Source: Defluviitaleaceae bacterium | GTDB taxonomy: Bacteria; Bacillota; Clostridia; Lachnospirales; WRAX01 | NCBI GenBank assembly: GCA_009781815.1 | Contig: WQVB01000001.1 | Location: 1-34,048, forward strand | DNA: 34,048 bases | Reading direction: 5' to 3' | Part shown: one piece after another, positions 9,043-17,166 of the stretch | Position numbering within the stretch: position 1 is the first letter of the stretch | Layout of the letters: every line of letters begins with the position of its first letter | The notes under the pieces: generated by a model | Databases searched by the model: none | What the model was told of the DNA's origin: nothing | What the model saw: only the letters and a program-made list of their open reading frames with translations | Made by a program: the position numbers and the translations under genes

Positions 9043-9043
9043 C

Positions 9044-9910
9044 ATGGGTAAAACACAAAAAGGGCTAGGTAGCAAAGGGTTGGGTAGAGGCTTAAGTGCC
9101 TTGATAGCTCAATCTCCTGTAGAAAAAACATCTAGCGACAATATTTTAGAGATAGACATAAAAAAAATATACCCCAACGAAAACCAACCAAGAAAATATT
9201 TTAAAGCCCCTGAGATAGAGGAGCTAGCAGCATCTATAAAAGAGTTTGGCATTATACAGCCCCTAGTTGTTAAAAAAACTGGCGACAAATACATAATAGT
9301 TGCGGGGGAGAGGCGTTTTAGAGCCGCCACCCAAGCAGGCCTTAAAAAGCTGCCCGTTATTCTAAGGGAGTATAGCGACCTTGAGATACTAGGCATAGCC
9401 CTTATCGAAAACATCCAAAGAGAAGATTTAAACCCCATTGAAGAGGCAAACTGCTATAAACGCCTTGCTGATGAGTTTGGCATGACACAGGGTGAGATTG
9501 CAAAAAAAATAGGCAAAAGCCGCAGCCATATATCCAACTGTATGCGAGTGCTAAAGCTTGATGACACTATTTTAGATTTAATATCTTCAGAAAAAATAAG
9601 CATGGGTCATGCCAAAGCTATTTTGGCTGTAGAGTGCCCTGATTTTCAACTAGAGCTAGCCAACCGAGTTGTAGATGAAGGCTTAAACGTGCGTCAAACC
9701 GAAGAGCTATCTCGCACAAAGCCTACTGGCCAAGCTAAAAAAGCGGCCAAGCCTTTAAAAAAGACCTATGACCACTTTACAAAAGATTTTGGAAGCTTTT
9801 TTGGCACAAAAGTCGCTATTAAAGACAACAAAAAAGGTGGAGGTAAGATAGAGATAAACTACAGCTCCACCGCTGACTTAGAGCGTATAATGGAGATTAT
9901 TAAGAAGTAG
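9044..9910 (+). CDS. spo0J: ParB-family partitioning protein Spo0J
   Basis: ParB box VAGERRFRAA, IENIQREDLNPIEEA, and the HTH region TQGEIAKKIGKSRSHISN. Confidence 0.95.
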   Translation: MGKTQKGLGSKGLGRGLSALIAQSPVEKTSSDNILEIDIKKIYPNENQPRKYFKAPEIEELAASIKEFGIIQPLVVKKTGDKYIIVAGERRFRAATQAGLKKLPVILREYSDLEILGIALIENIQREDLNPIEEANCYKRLADEFGMTQGEIAKKIGKSRSHISNCMRVLKLDDTILDLISSEKISMGHAKAILAVECPDFQLELANRVVDEGLNVRQTEELSRTKPTGQAKKAAKPLKKTYDHFTKDFGSFFGTKVAIKDNKKGGGKIEINYSSTADLERIMEIIKK

Positions 9911-9931
9911 CTCTCCGATCTTCCCCTCAAT

Positions 9932-10052
9932 CCCTCCTAAGTCGTCATCCCGTGCTTGACACGGGATCTATGTATGATAGTGGACAACCTCAACTAGGAC
10001 TGCCCTTCTCCAATTAGATCCCGTGTCAAGCACGGGATGACGACTTAGGGGA
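9932..10052. repeat. Family F1 unit, CCCGTG/CACGGG stem variant
   Basis: CCTAAGTCGTCATCCCGTGCTTGACACGGGATC, the conserved spacer, then GATCCCGTGTCAAGCACGGGATGACGACTTAGG. Both hairpins carry the compensated stem. Confidence 0.9.
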
Positions 10053-10136
10053 GTTTAATGCCTTTTAGTTTTACTACAAGCCTAATGACGAAAGGTAGAG
10101 CGTTAGTCGAAATGGCAAGAGGGGCTGGGATGGTAA

Positions 10137-10796
10137 TTAAGAAGTAGTCTGCCTACGCAACACATCCAAAGCCTTACGGACGGATGGAAAGGCAACTATT
10201 ATGAGGGTAATCGCAACCTCCGCATAGATATACAGCCCGTTATACGCCATAGAAAACAACAAATAGCTACTCCACCCCTCAGGAGGCCACACCCGCACCC
10301 AAAAAGCATAGCCAGCAATGGTGTGCATCAGCCACCTGCCTGTAGCGGCAACTAAAAAGCCCATAGCCAAGCCGTTTCTCCTCTTGCTAAAAAACCCCGA
10401 AAGGCCAAGCATGCCAAAGGCTAGGGGGTAATCTAAAAACAGCTGTAGAGGGTGGATTATGCTAGGGTTAGCAGCAAGGCGTAAAAGCCCGAAGGACACA
10501 CCCGCCACAAGGCCAATGCCTGGGCCAAACCAAATACCCACTATGCTCACAAAAAACATAGACAATGGCGACACAGACCCGCCAAGAGGCATGGAGAAAG
10601 GCCTAAATAACGACAAAATAAAGGCAAGAGCCAAAGCCATGCCTGCATATACAAGGGTTTTTGTGCTTAGATTTGCTTTTTTAAACATTTTGCCACTTAT
10701 AGCGATAAAGGTGATGGTTGCCAGCAGCAACATAGCAAAAGAGCCTAAATCCGTACGTAATAGCCTTTGCAGCTCTGCACCTATTTCATAAAACAT
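10137..10796 (-). CDS. thiT: Thiamine ECF-transporter substrate-binding (S) component ThiT
   Basis: 219 aa with 6 TM segments and the motifs GGSVS, LQLFLDYPLAFG and GLSGFF. A TPP riboswitch lies directly upstream. Confidence 0.8.
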   Translation of the reverse strand: MFYEIGAELQRLLRTDLGSFAMLLLATITFIAISGKMFKKANLSTKTLVYAGMALALAFILSLFRPFSMPLGGSVSPLSMFFVSIVGIWFGPGIGLVAGVSFGLLRLAANPSIIHPLQLFLDYPLAFGMLGLSGFFSKRRNGLAMGFLVAATGRWLMHTIAGYAFWVRVWPPEGWSSYLLFSMAYNGLYIYAEVAITLIIVAFPSVRKALDVLRRQTTS

Positions 10797-10945
10797 AAAA
10801 ACCCTCCTAAGCGTGATAATCAGCTAGGAGGTGAATTTAAAAAATAAAAAAGCACCAGCTTCCCTTCGGCAGCATTATCTGCATCAGGTTATAAGGGTAT
10901 TTCTCAGCCTCTACATAAGTAGCAGCACCCCTAGCTTTATAGTTG
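10797..10945 (-). promoter_or_regulatory. TPP (THI-box) riboswitch with expression platform
   Basis: Minus-strand RNA reads GCUAGGGGUGCUGC..GGCUGAGAAAUACCCUUAUAACCUGAUGCAGAUAAUGCUGCCGAAGGGAAG, which contains the conserved CUGAGA, ACCUGAU and AGGGAA blocks. The downstream CACCUCCUAGC can pair with the SD UAGGAGG of thiT. Confidence 0.9.
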
Positions 10946-10994
10946 TTTCGATTATACACCACGCCATAGGCTTTGTCAATAAAGGAGAGTAGCC

Positions 10995-11813
10995 ATGTAC
11001 AAAATAATTTTTTCCGACGTAGACGGCACTTTAAACGACCCAGACCTTAAAGTGCCTCAAGAAAATAAAGATGCCATACTTAAAGCAGAGGGGCTTGGCG
11101 TGGCTTTTATACTATGCTCTGGCCGCTCTTATTCTAGCCTTAAAACCATTCACAAAGACATCGGTATAAACCCTAAAAACAGCTTTGTAATAGGCTTTAA
11201 CGGCGGCACAGTTTATGATATAGAGCAAGACAAAGTTGTATATCAAGACATTTTATCAAAAGAGCTGGCTATAGAGGCTATCGAGATCTTCAAAAAAGAA
11301 AAGCGACCTGTTGAGGTTTTTATATACCTTGACGAAAAAAACGTGCTGACAGAAGAAGGCAGCAAATGGGCTGAAGAATACAAAAACATATCTCAGGTGG
11401 ATATGCGGTTCTCGGCAGATATATTGGGGGATGCAAAAGCTCTTGATAATATAGTTAAAGTGATTTTTTTATCCGCCAAGGTAGATGGAGAGCTTTTAAA
11501 ATCTCACCTTCTAGCGTCTTTAAAGGGCAAAGCTGATGTGGTGTTTTCTTCAGAATATATATTAGAGGTGGGCCCTGTGGCGGCCAGCAAGGGCAATGCT
11601 CTAAAATGGCTTTGTGCCAAAAAGGGCATCCCCCTAGAGCAGGTTATCGCCATTGGAGACAATTATAACGATTTAACCATGATAGAGGCCGCTGGCATGG
11701 GCGTTGCCGTTGCAAATGCCGTTGACCACCTTAAAGACTTGTCAAACTTTGTTACAACAAAAGAAAGCCACCAAGGTGCGGTGGCAGAGGTGATTGAGAA
11801 GTTTATTTTATAG
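10995..11813 (+). CDS. Cof-type HAD-IIB phosphatase
   Basis: FSDVDGTL (motif I), CSGRS (motif II) and GDNYNDLTMIE (motif IV). 272 aa. Confidence 0.85.
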   Translation: MYKIIFSDVDGTLNDPDLKVPQENKDAILKAEGLGVAFILCSGRSYSSLKTIHKDIGINPKNSFVIGFNGGTVYDIEQDKVVYQDILSKELAIEAIEIFKKEKRPVEVFIYLDEKNVLTEEGSKWAEEYKNISQVDMRFSADILGDAKALDNIVKVIFLSAKVDGELLKSHLLASLKGKADVVFSSEYILEVGPVAASKGNALKWLCAKKGIPLEQVIAIGDNYNDLTMIEAAGMGVAVANAVDHLKDLSNFVTTKESHQGAVAEVIEKFIL

Positions 11814-11848
11814 CCGTCAAGTATGTAGGCGTGTACAAACCCAAGTGT

Positions 11849-12017
11849 CGTCATCCTGAGCCCTTGGTCTTCCTTCTGCCTGCGGCAGCAGGAAGACCAA
11901 GGGCTCAGGATGACGACTTAGGGAGGTTGAGAGGCTGCTTCGCTACAAGTCTATGCGGGCTTGATCCGCAATGACGATGTGAGTGCAAATCGGAATGACG
12001 TGAGCACGGGATGACGA
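11849..12017. repeat. Composite repeat locus E: 67-nt perfect long hairpin (F1 stem plus complete F2 palindrome), then F4 and F3-arm fragments
   Basis: CGTCATCCTGAGCCCTTGGTCTTCC (11849-11873) and GGAAGACCAAGGGCTCAGGATGACG (11891-11915) form a 25-bp perfect stem. ATGCGGGCTTGATCCGCAAT follows at 11953-11972. The locus lies between convergent gene ends. Confidence 0.85.
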
Positions 12018-12036
12018 CAGGTATAATAGACTTTGT

Positions 12037-12768
12037 CTATAGTCTTAAAGCTGCTAAAGTAGCTATATCAGCGGTTTTGTTATACATTAAAATAGACATC
12101 AGCTTTGCAAGCTTTGCTTCCTCCACATTTTCATAAACCTTTGCAATATGCCGCAAAAGCTCGCTTTCTTGCAAAACAGCATAAGCCAACCCTTGATGCA
12201 GGCTTTCAGGAGGGTGTGCCATGCCTTGGGTTGTGGCTAAATCCCTCCCCATGGCACGTGTTAGATGGCTTTGTGCTGTTTTTTTATTTTCGATTATGGT
12301 TGCAATATATTGCTTATGTTCATCCCTTGCGTCTTTGTGGTTTGCCAAATGGTCATAAAAAGCAATGCTATTAGCCTCCGCTTGGGCAAGCTTTTTAAAA
12401 TCATCATATAGAGACACAGCTTTGGTGCTTTGCCCCGCCCTTGCGTCTTGCGTAGCTTTCATGTTGTGAGCAGGTAGCCCTAGCGGCGGTGCTTGAGGGG
12501 CTGGGTGTGGCTGGGTGTGTTGGTTTTGTTGATGTGTGCTATGGGGTGTGTTTTGTGGGTTATATGGCTCAAAGCGAACACTAGGGTCGTGGTATGGTGC
12601 TTGGCCTTGTGAGTTTTGATTTCTAAAGTTTTGGTTGTGAGGGTGCTGAATTTGAGGGTTATGCTGGTGTGCTCCATGTGGAGCATTTTTTATTTGATTA
12701 TTTTGCGTAAGTTGGTTTTGAGACATGCCCCCACGCTGGCCAAGAGGGCTTCTTTGAAAAATGGACAT
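12037..12768 (-). CDS. Ferritin-like-domain protein with N-terminal Gln/Asn/His/Pro-rich low-complexity region (possible spore coat-type protein)
   Basis: The start is set at ATG 12768 (MSIFQRS...), which has AAGGAG 8 nt upstream. The C-terminal ~130 aa (AEANSIAFYDHLAN...ENKKTAQSHL...LQESELLRHIAKVYE) looks like a four-helix ferritin/rubrerythrin-like domain. Function is unknown. Confidence 0.45.
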   Translation of the reverse strand: MSIFQRSPLGQRGGMSQNQLTQNNQIKNAPHGAHQHNPQIQHPHNQNFRNQNSQGQAPYHDPSVRFEPYNPQNTPHSTHQQNQHTQPHPAPQAPPLGLPAHNMKATQDARAGQSTKAVSLYDDFKKLAQAEANSIAFYDHLANHKDARDEHKQYIATIIENKKTAQSHLTRAMGRDLATTQGMAHPPESLHQGLAYAVLQESELLRHIAKVYENVEEAKLAKLMSILMYNKTADIATLAALRL

Positions 12769-12865
12769 GAAAAAACTCCTTCTCGTGCTAATTGATACTG
12801 CTTTTAGCATTTTATGAAGGAGTTTTGATTTTTGCAAGTTGTTTCTTGTGATAGAAATGATGAGT

Positions 12866-12985
12866 CCCTCCCTACCGTCATCCTGAAGCTTGACTCAGGA
12901 TCTAATTGGAGAAGTAGACAGCCCTAATCAAGGTATGCACTACCCCACATAGATCCTGAGTCAAGCTCAGGATGACGGTAGGGGA
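12866..12985. repeat. Family F1 unit (reverse orientation)
   Basis: CCTACCGTCATCCTGAAGCTTGACTCAGGATC, spacer CTAATTGGAGAAG...CACATAG, then GATCCTGAGTCAAGCTCAGGATGACGGTAGG. Confidence 0.9.
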
Positions 12986-13065
12986 GATTCATGATGGCGA
13001 CTAGAGAGTCGCAATGATACTAGATAAGCATGTTAAGGGCAGCAAGCCAAGAAAGCCGAAAAGTA

Positions 13066-16000
13066 TTACCTATAATAGTCCACAGCAGCCTCAAATATCT
13101 TCTGGTCAAAATCCCCTGGGATGTTTTTGTATAACGCCCCACGCTCACTATGGCACATTTTGCCTAGTATGCGGCCTGTAGGGTCTGTTATGCCTTCTAT
13201 TGCCATAAAGGAGCCGTTAGGGTTATAAGGCAGATCCATTGTAGGGTTGCCTGCTAGGTCAACATACACGCTTGCCACCTGCCCCGCCTCAAATAGATGT
13301 CGTGCCAGCTCTTCACTAGCCGTAAAACGCCCCTGCCCGTGAGATGCCGCCACACGGTGTATATCTCCCTCTTTAACGCCAGCAAGCCAAGGGGAGGTGT
13401 TAGATACAATCTTAGTGTTAACCAAATTAGATATATGACGCCCTAAGCCGTTATAGGTAAGGGTTGGGGAATCTGGCTGAATGGGCGAGATTTTGCCAAA
13501 AGGCAGCAGCCCAAGCTTAACAAGAGCTTGAAAGCCGTTGCAAATGCCTAACATAAGCCCTTCTTTGTCATCTAAAAAGCCATGCACCGCCTCTTTTATG
13601 TGAGGGTTTGAAAGCACCGCCGCTATAAACTTTGCACTACCTTCAGGCTCATCCGCCGCAGAAAAGCCACCAGATAAAGCGATGATTTGGGCATTTTGTA
13701 TACGCCCCACCATCTCTTTTATGCTTGCATCAAATGCCTCTGGGCTTTGATTGTTAATAACAAATATATCCGCCACAGCCCCTGCCCCTTCAAAGCTGCG
13801 AGCCATGTCATACTCACAATTTGTACCAGGGAAGACGGGTAGGAAGACCTTAGGCTTCGCTACTTTATTTTTCGCAACAATAATTGGCGTTTGTGCTTTA
13901 CGTTGCGGCAAATCCAAAGGAGTTGCCTTATCCACAATAGACTCAATACCCGTTGGGAAGATATCTTCCAAAGGCTGCATCCATGCTTCAATACAAGCGT
14001 CAATGCCTATCTCCATGCCGTTTATCTTCAAAACATCGCTATTGGTTGTCTTGCCGATTATATCAACACCATCAACATCACCCGCCACCTCTAGCACAAA
14101 CATGCCCGCCTCTTTGGCAAAATAATCACCATCAAAAGCTACATCAACCCCAATTTTATTGCCAAAGGCCATTTGAGATATCGCCGCCCCAAGCCCGCCA
14201 AAACCAACAACATGGGCAGACACAACATTGCCGCTGGTAATAAGTTGGTTAAGCTTTGCAAAATTAGCCTTAAGACTATCAAAACAAGGCAAGCCATGTT
14301 CATCAAACTTGGGGTGTGTCGTTGCAAGTTTTCCACAACATCTTTCGGCTGATTTTCCATCATGCTTTGTGCTAGCTTCCTCATGTGCCTTTGGGCACAC
14401 TTCGTCAGCTATCACTTCGCCTGATGTAAAATCAGACTCGAAAGCTGATGCGTCAAACTCACAACGACACACCCCGGCCCTCATCAAGGCTATTTTGTTG
14501 CCAGCCGCCTTAAACTCATTAGAGGTTATGTGGCTGATAGGTGCATAGGTAGCCCCAAAAGATATAAGCGTCGGCGGCACTTTAAGCTCAATATTGTTTG
14601 CGGCATCTTTATAAGTGCCGCTCATAGAGTCTTTACCGCTAATGGCCGCAACCTCAAGGCCAAGCTGAGCGTGGAGCGCCCCAAGCAAAGCCGCCACAGG
14701 CTTGCCCCAGCTTTTCTCATCTGTCAGCCTTTCAAAATATTCTTGAAAGCTTAAATAAACCTTTGTATAACACGCCCCTGCAGCCACAAGGCGAGCTACA
14801 GACTCCACCACAGCATATACCGCCCCGTGGTAGGGGCTTTGCTCTGAAATATAAGGGTCAAAGCCAAAAGCCATAAGAGACGCCGTGTCGCACTCACCTT
14901 TAAGCACAGGCACACGAGCCGCCATAGCCCCCGCTTGGGTGAGCTGATATTTACCGCCGAAAGGTGCTAAAACCGTGCCAGCACCAACGGTAGAGTCAAA
15001 ATTCTCAATCATGCCCTTTTGGCTGGCTACATTAAGGCAAGCAAGGTTTGCAAGCCAGTTTTCAGCCGTCAAATCTTTTTGCATAGGTGGAGCGAAAAGT
15101 GGCATAGCAACAACCACATCTCTATGCTGCACAACCCCTGATGTATTTAAAAATTCCCTTGAAATATCAACAATCTTTTGACCACGCCACATCATCTCAA
15201 GGCGGTTTGTATCGGTTATTTTTGCCACTTCATAAGCTTCTACATTTTCTTCTTTGGCAAGGTTAATCAAATGCTCCACATCAGCCGCCTTAACCACAAC
15301 GGCCATACGCTCTTGAGATTCAGATATAGCAAGCTCCGTGCCGTCAAGTCCATCATACTTTTTGCGAACGGCGTCTAAATTAACGGCGATAGAGTCTGCA
15401 AGCTCACCAATAGCGACAGACACACCCCCCGCCCCAAAGTCATTACAGCGTATTATACGCCTTGAAAAATCAGGGTTGCGGAAGAGGCGTTGCAGCTTTC
15501 TCTCTTCAATAGCGTTGCCTTTTTGCACCTCAGCCCCAGCTGTGGCCAGCGAGCTTTCAACATGGCTTTTAGATGAGCCTGCAGCCCCGCCAACGCCATC
15601 ACGACCCGTCCTGCCGCCTATTAACAACACAACATCACCATTTTGCGGCACATTGCGGATAACATTTTCTTTTTTAGCAGCCCCTATAACAGCCCCAACC
15701 TCCATACGCTTTGCCACATAACCTTCATGATAAATCTCACGAATATGCCCTGCGGCTAAGCCTATCTGGTTGCCGTATGACGAATACCCGTCCGCCGCTT
15801 GGGTGGTTATAAGCCTTTGAGGTAACTTGCCTGGCAAGGTCTCGTTTAGGGGCTTGCGAGGGTCGCCCCCGCCTGTAACCCGCATGGCTTGATAAATATA
15901 TGAGCGACCTGATAAAGGGTCTCGTATAGCCCCCCCTAAGCAGGTGGCCGCCCCGCCAAAGGGCTCTATCTCTGTAGGGTGGTTGTGGGTTTCGTTTTTA

Positions 16001-16950
16001 AACATCAGCAACCACTCTTCTTTAACACCATCAACATGAATGTCAACAACAAAAGAAGCCGCATTTATTTCTTCGGAAATATCAAGGTTGCCTAAAAGCC
16101 CTCGCTTGCGTAATATTTTTGTAGCGATTGTGGCCATGTCCATCATGGTTATGGGCTTGTCTTTAGTGTGCACCTCTGCACGGTGGCTTAAATACTCTTG
16201 ATAGGTGCCTGCCATAACCTCACTAAAAGCACCTTCCTCAAACACTAGATTATCCAAAATAGTGTGGAAGGTAGTGTGGCGGCAATGGTCGCTCCAATAG
16301 GTATCAACCATCTTTGCCTCGGTTATGGTAGGGTTGCGACCCTCTGTTTTAAAATAATCCCTAAAAAAGGCAAAATCCTCAATAGACATAGCAAGGGCAA
16401 GCTCTTCATGCTTATGGGCTAGGGCTTTATCATCAAGGTTTATAATATCTACTGCCTTCACATCTTCAGGCACTATAGCTTGCTGCTCTAAAGTTTTAGG
16501 CATTTCAAGGGTTGCCTCCATAGAGTCAACTGGGTTGATAAAATGCTTTAAAACCGCCTCTTTATCCTCATTAGAAAGGCCGCCAGCTATTATGTAAAAC
16601 TTTGTATAACGCACCTTTGGCAGCTTGCCCGTAAGCACCTGCATGCCAAAAGCAGCCCAATCAGCCCTTTGGTCATACTGTCCAGGCAACAAAGCCTTGC
16701 CAAAAACAAAATCATCTAAGTTGTGGTTTAAATCACAATAAACATCATCCACATTAGCTTCTGATAAAATTTGAGAGATAGACAAAGCAAAATCATCTGC
16801 AGATAGCCCTTGCACATCATAACAATGCACCACACGCAAAGCCTTGGCACTCTTTATGCCCAAATAGCCCGTGATGGTGGCAAGCTCCCCCTTTGCCTCT
16901 ATATTGTACCCATCCTTCTTTTCCACAAAAACCCTAAATATTTCTGACAT
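13066..16950 (-). CDS. purL: Phosphoribosylformylglycinamidine (FGAM) synthase, single-chain large PurL
   Basis: NETHNHPTEIEPFGGAATC and two AIR-synthase-like repeats, with a C-terminal glutaminase carrying GICNGFQ. The start is moved to ATG 16950 (MSEIFRVF...), which has GGAGGG 6 nt upstream. The upstream track residues come from repeat or leader DNA. Confidence 0.95.
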   Translation of the reverse strand: MSEIFRVFVEKKDGYNIEAKGELATITGYLGIKSAKALRVVHCYDVQGLSADDFALSISQILSEANVDDVYCDLNHNLDDFVFGKALLPGQYDQRADWAAFGMQVLTGKLPKVRYTKFYIIAGGLSNEDKEAVLKHFINPVDSMEATLEMPKTLEQQAIVPEDVKAVDIINLDDKALAHKHEELALAMSIEDFAFFRDYFKTEGRNPTITEAKMVDTYWSDHCRHTTFHTILDNLVFEEGAFSEVMAGTYQEYLSHRAEVHTKDKPITMMDMATIATKILRKRGLLGNLDISEEINAASFVVDIHVDGVKEEWLLMFKNETHNHPTEIEPFGGAATCLGGAIRDPLSGRSYIYQAMRVTGGGDPRKPLNETLPGKLPQRLITTQAADGYSSYGNQIGLAAGHIREIYHEGYVAKRMEVGAVIGAAKKENVIRNVPQNGDVVLLIGGRTGRDGVGGAAGSSKSHVESSLATAGAEVQKGNAIEERKLQRLFRNPDFSRRIIRCNDFGAGGVSVAIGELADSIAVNLDAVRKKYDGLDGTELAISESQERMAVVVKAADVEHLINLAKEENVEAYEVAKITDTNRLEMMWRGQKIVDISREFLNTSGVVQHRDVVVAMPLFAPPMQKDLTAENWLANLACLNVASQKGMIENFDSTVGAGTVLAPFGGKYQLTQAGAMAARVPVLKGECDTASLMAFGFDPYISEQSPYHGAVYAVVESVARLVAAGACYTKVYLSFQEYFERLTDEKSWGKPVAALLGALHAQLGLEVAAISGKDSMSGTYKDAANNIELKVPPTLISFGATYAPISHITSNEFKAAGNKIALMRAGVCRCEFDASAFESDFTSGEVIADEVCPKAHEEASTKHDGKSAERCCGKLATTHPKFDEHGLPCFDSLKANFAKLNQLITSGNVVSAHVVGFGGLGAAISQMAFGNKIGVDVAFDGDYFAKEAGMFVLEVAGDVDGVDIIGKTTNSDVLKINGMEIGIDACIEAWMQPLEDIFPTGIESIVDKATPLDLPQRKAQTPIIVAKNKVAKPKVFLPVFPGTNCEYDMARSFEGAGAVADIFVINNQSPEAFDASIKEMVGRIQNAQIIALSGGFSAADEPEGSAKFIAAVLSNPHIKEAVHGFLDDKEGLMLGICNGFQALVKLGLLPFGKISPIQPDSPTLTYNGLGRHISNLVNTKIVSNTSPWLAGVKEGDIHRVAASHGQGRFTASEELARHLFEAGQVASVYVDLAGNPTMDLPYNPNGSFMAIEGITDPTGRILGKMCHSERGALYKNIPGDFDQKIFEAAVDYYR

Positions 16951-17017
16951 AATAGCCCTCCATATATTATTGTGATTTAGTAACTTTACTCGCCATGCTG
17001 CATCAAGCCCGTAGCAC

Positions 17018-17146
17018 GCCATTCCAATTTACCCATGTAGGGAATGGATTTATCCATTCCGTTTCATCTTGCTGAAGTATAGAAAGGTGCAGACCTAATA
17101 GCGGAATGGATAAATCCATTCCCTACAAAGAGAATTGGGATGACGT
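17018..17146. repeat. Family F3 unit with outer arms
   Basis: GTAGGGAATGGATTTATCCATTCCG (17037-17061), a 40-nt spacer, then CGGAATGGATAAATCCATTCCCTAC (17102-17126). The outer arm is ..GAATTGGGATGACG. Confidence 0.9.
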
Positions 17147-17166
17147 TTATGAGTATTCCCATCATT

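Noticed and set aside
10845-10860. T-runs (UUUUUUAUUUUUU) after the TPP aptamer as an intrinsic terminator
   Set aside because: No convincing GC-rich stem immediately precedes them. Part of the run may pair with AAAGC at the 5' end as P1. The SD-masking helix is a better-supported expression platform.
12480-12686. 68-aa His/Thr-rich ORF overlapping the ferritin-like gene
   Set aside because: It is an alternative frame of the low-complexity Q/N/H/P region. The longer frame has an SD and continues into a folded domain.
16951-17040. Searched the purL leader for a purine or ZTP (pfl) riboswitch
   Set aside because: I could not find the conserved purine-aptamer (UAUA..CCGUAAAU..) or ZTP (GGGUCGUGAC..CCGCCUGGGCA) blocks. 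Most of the region is the arm of an F3 repeat.
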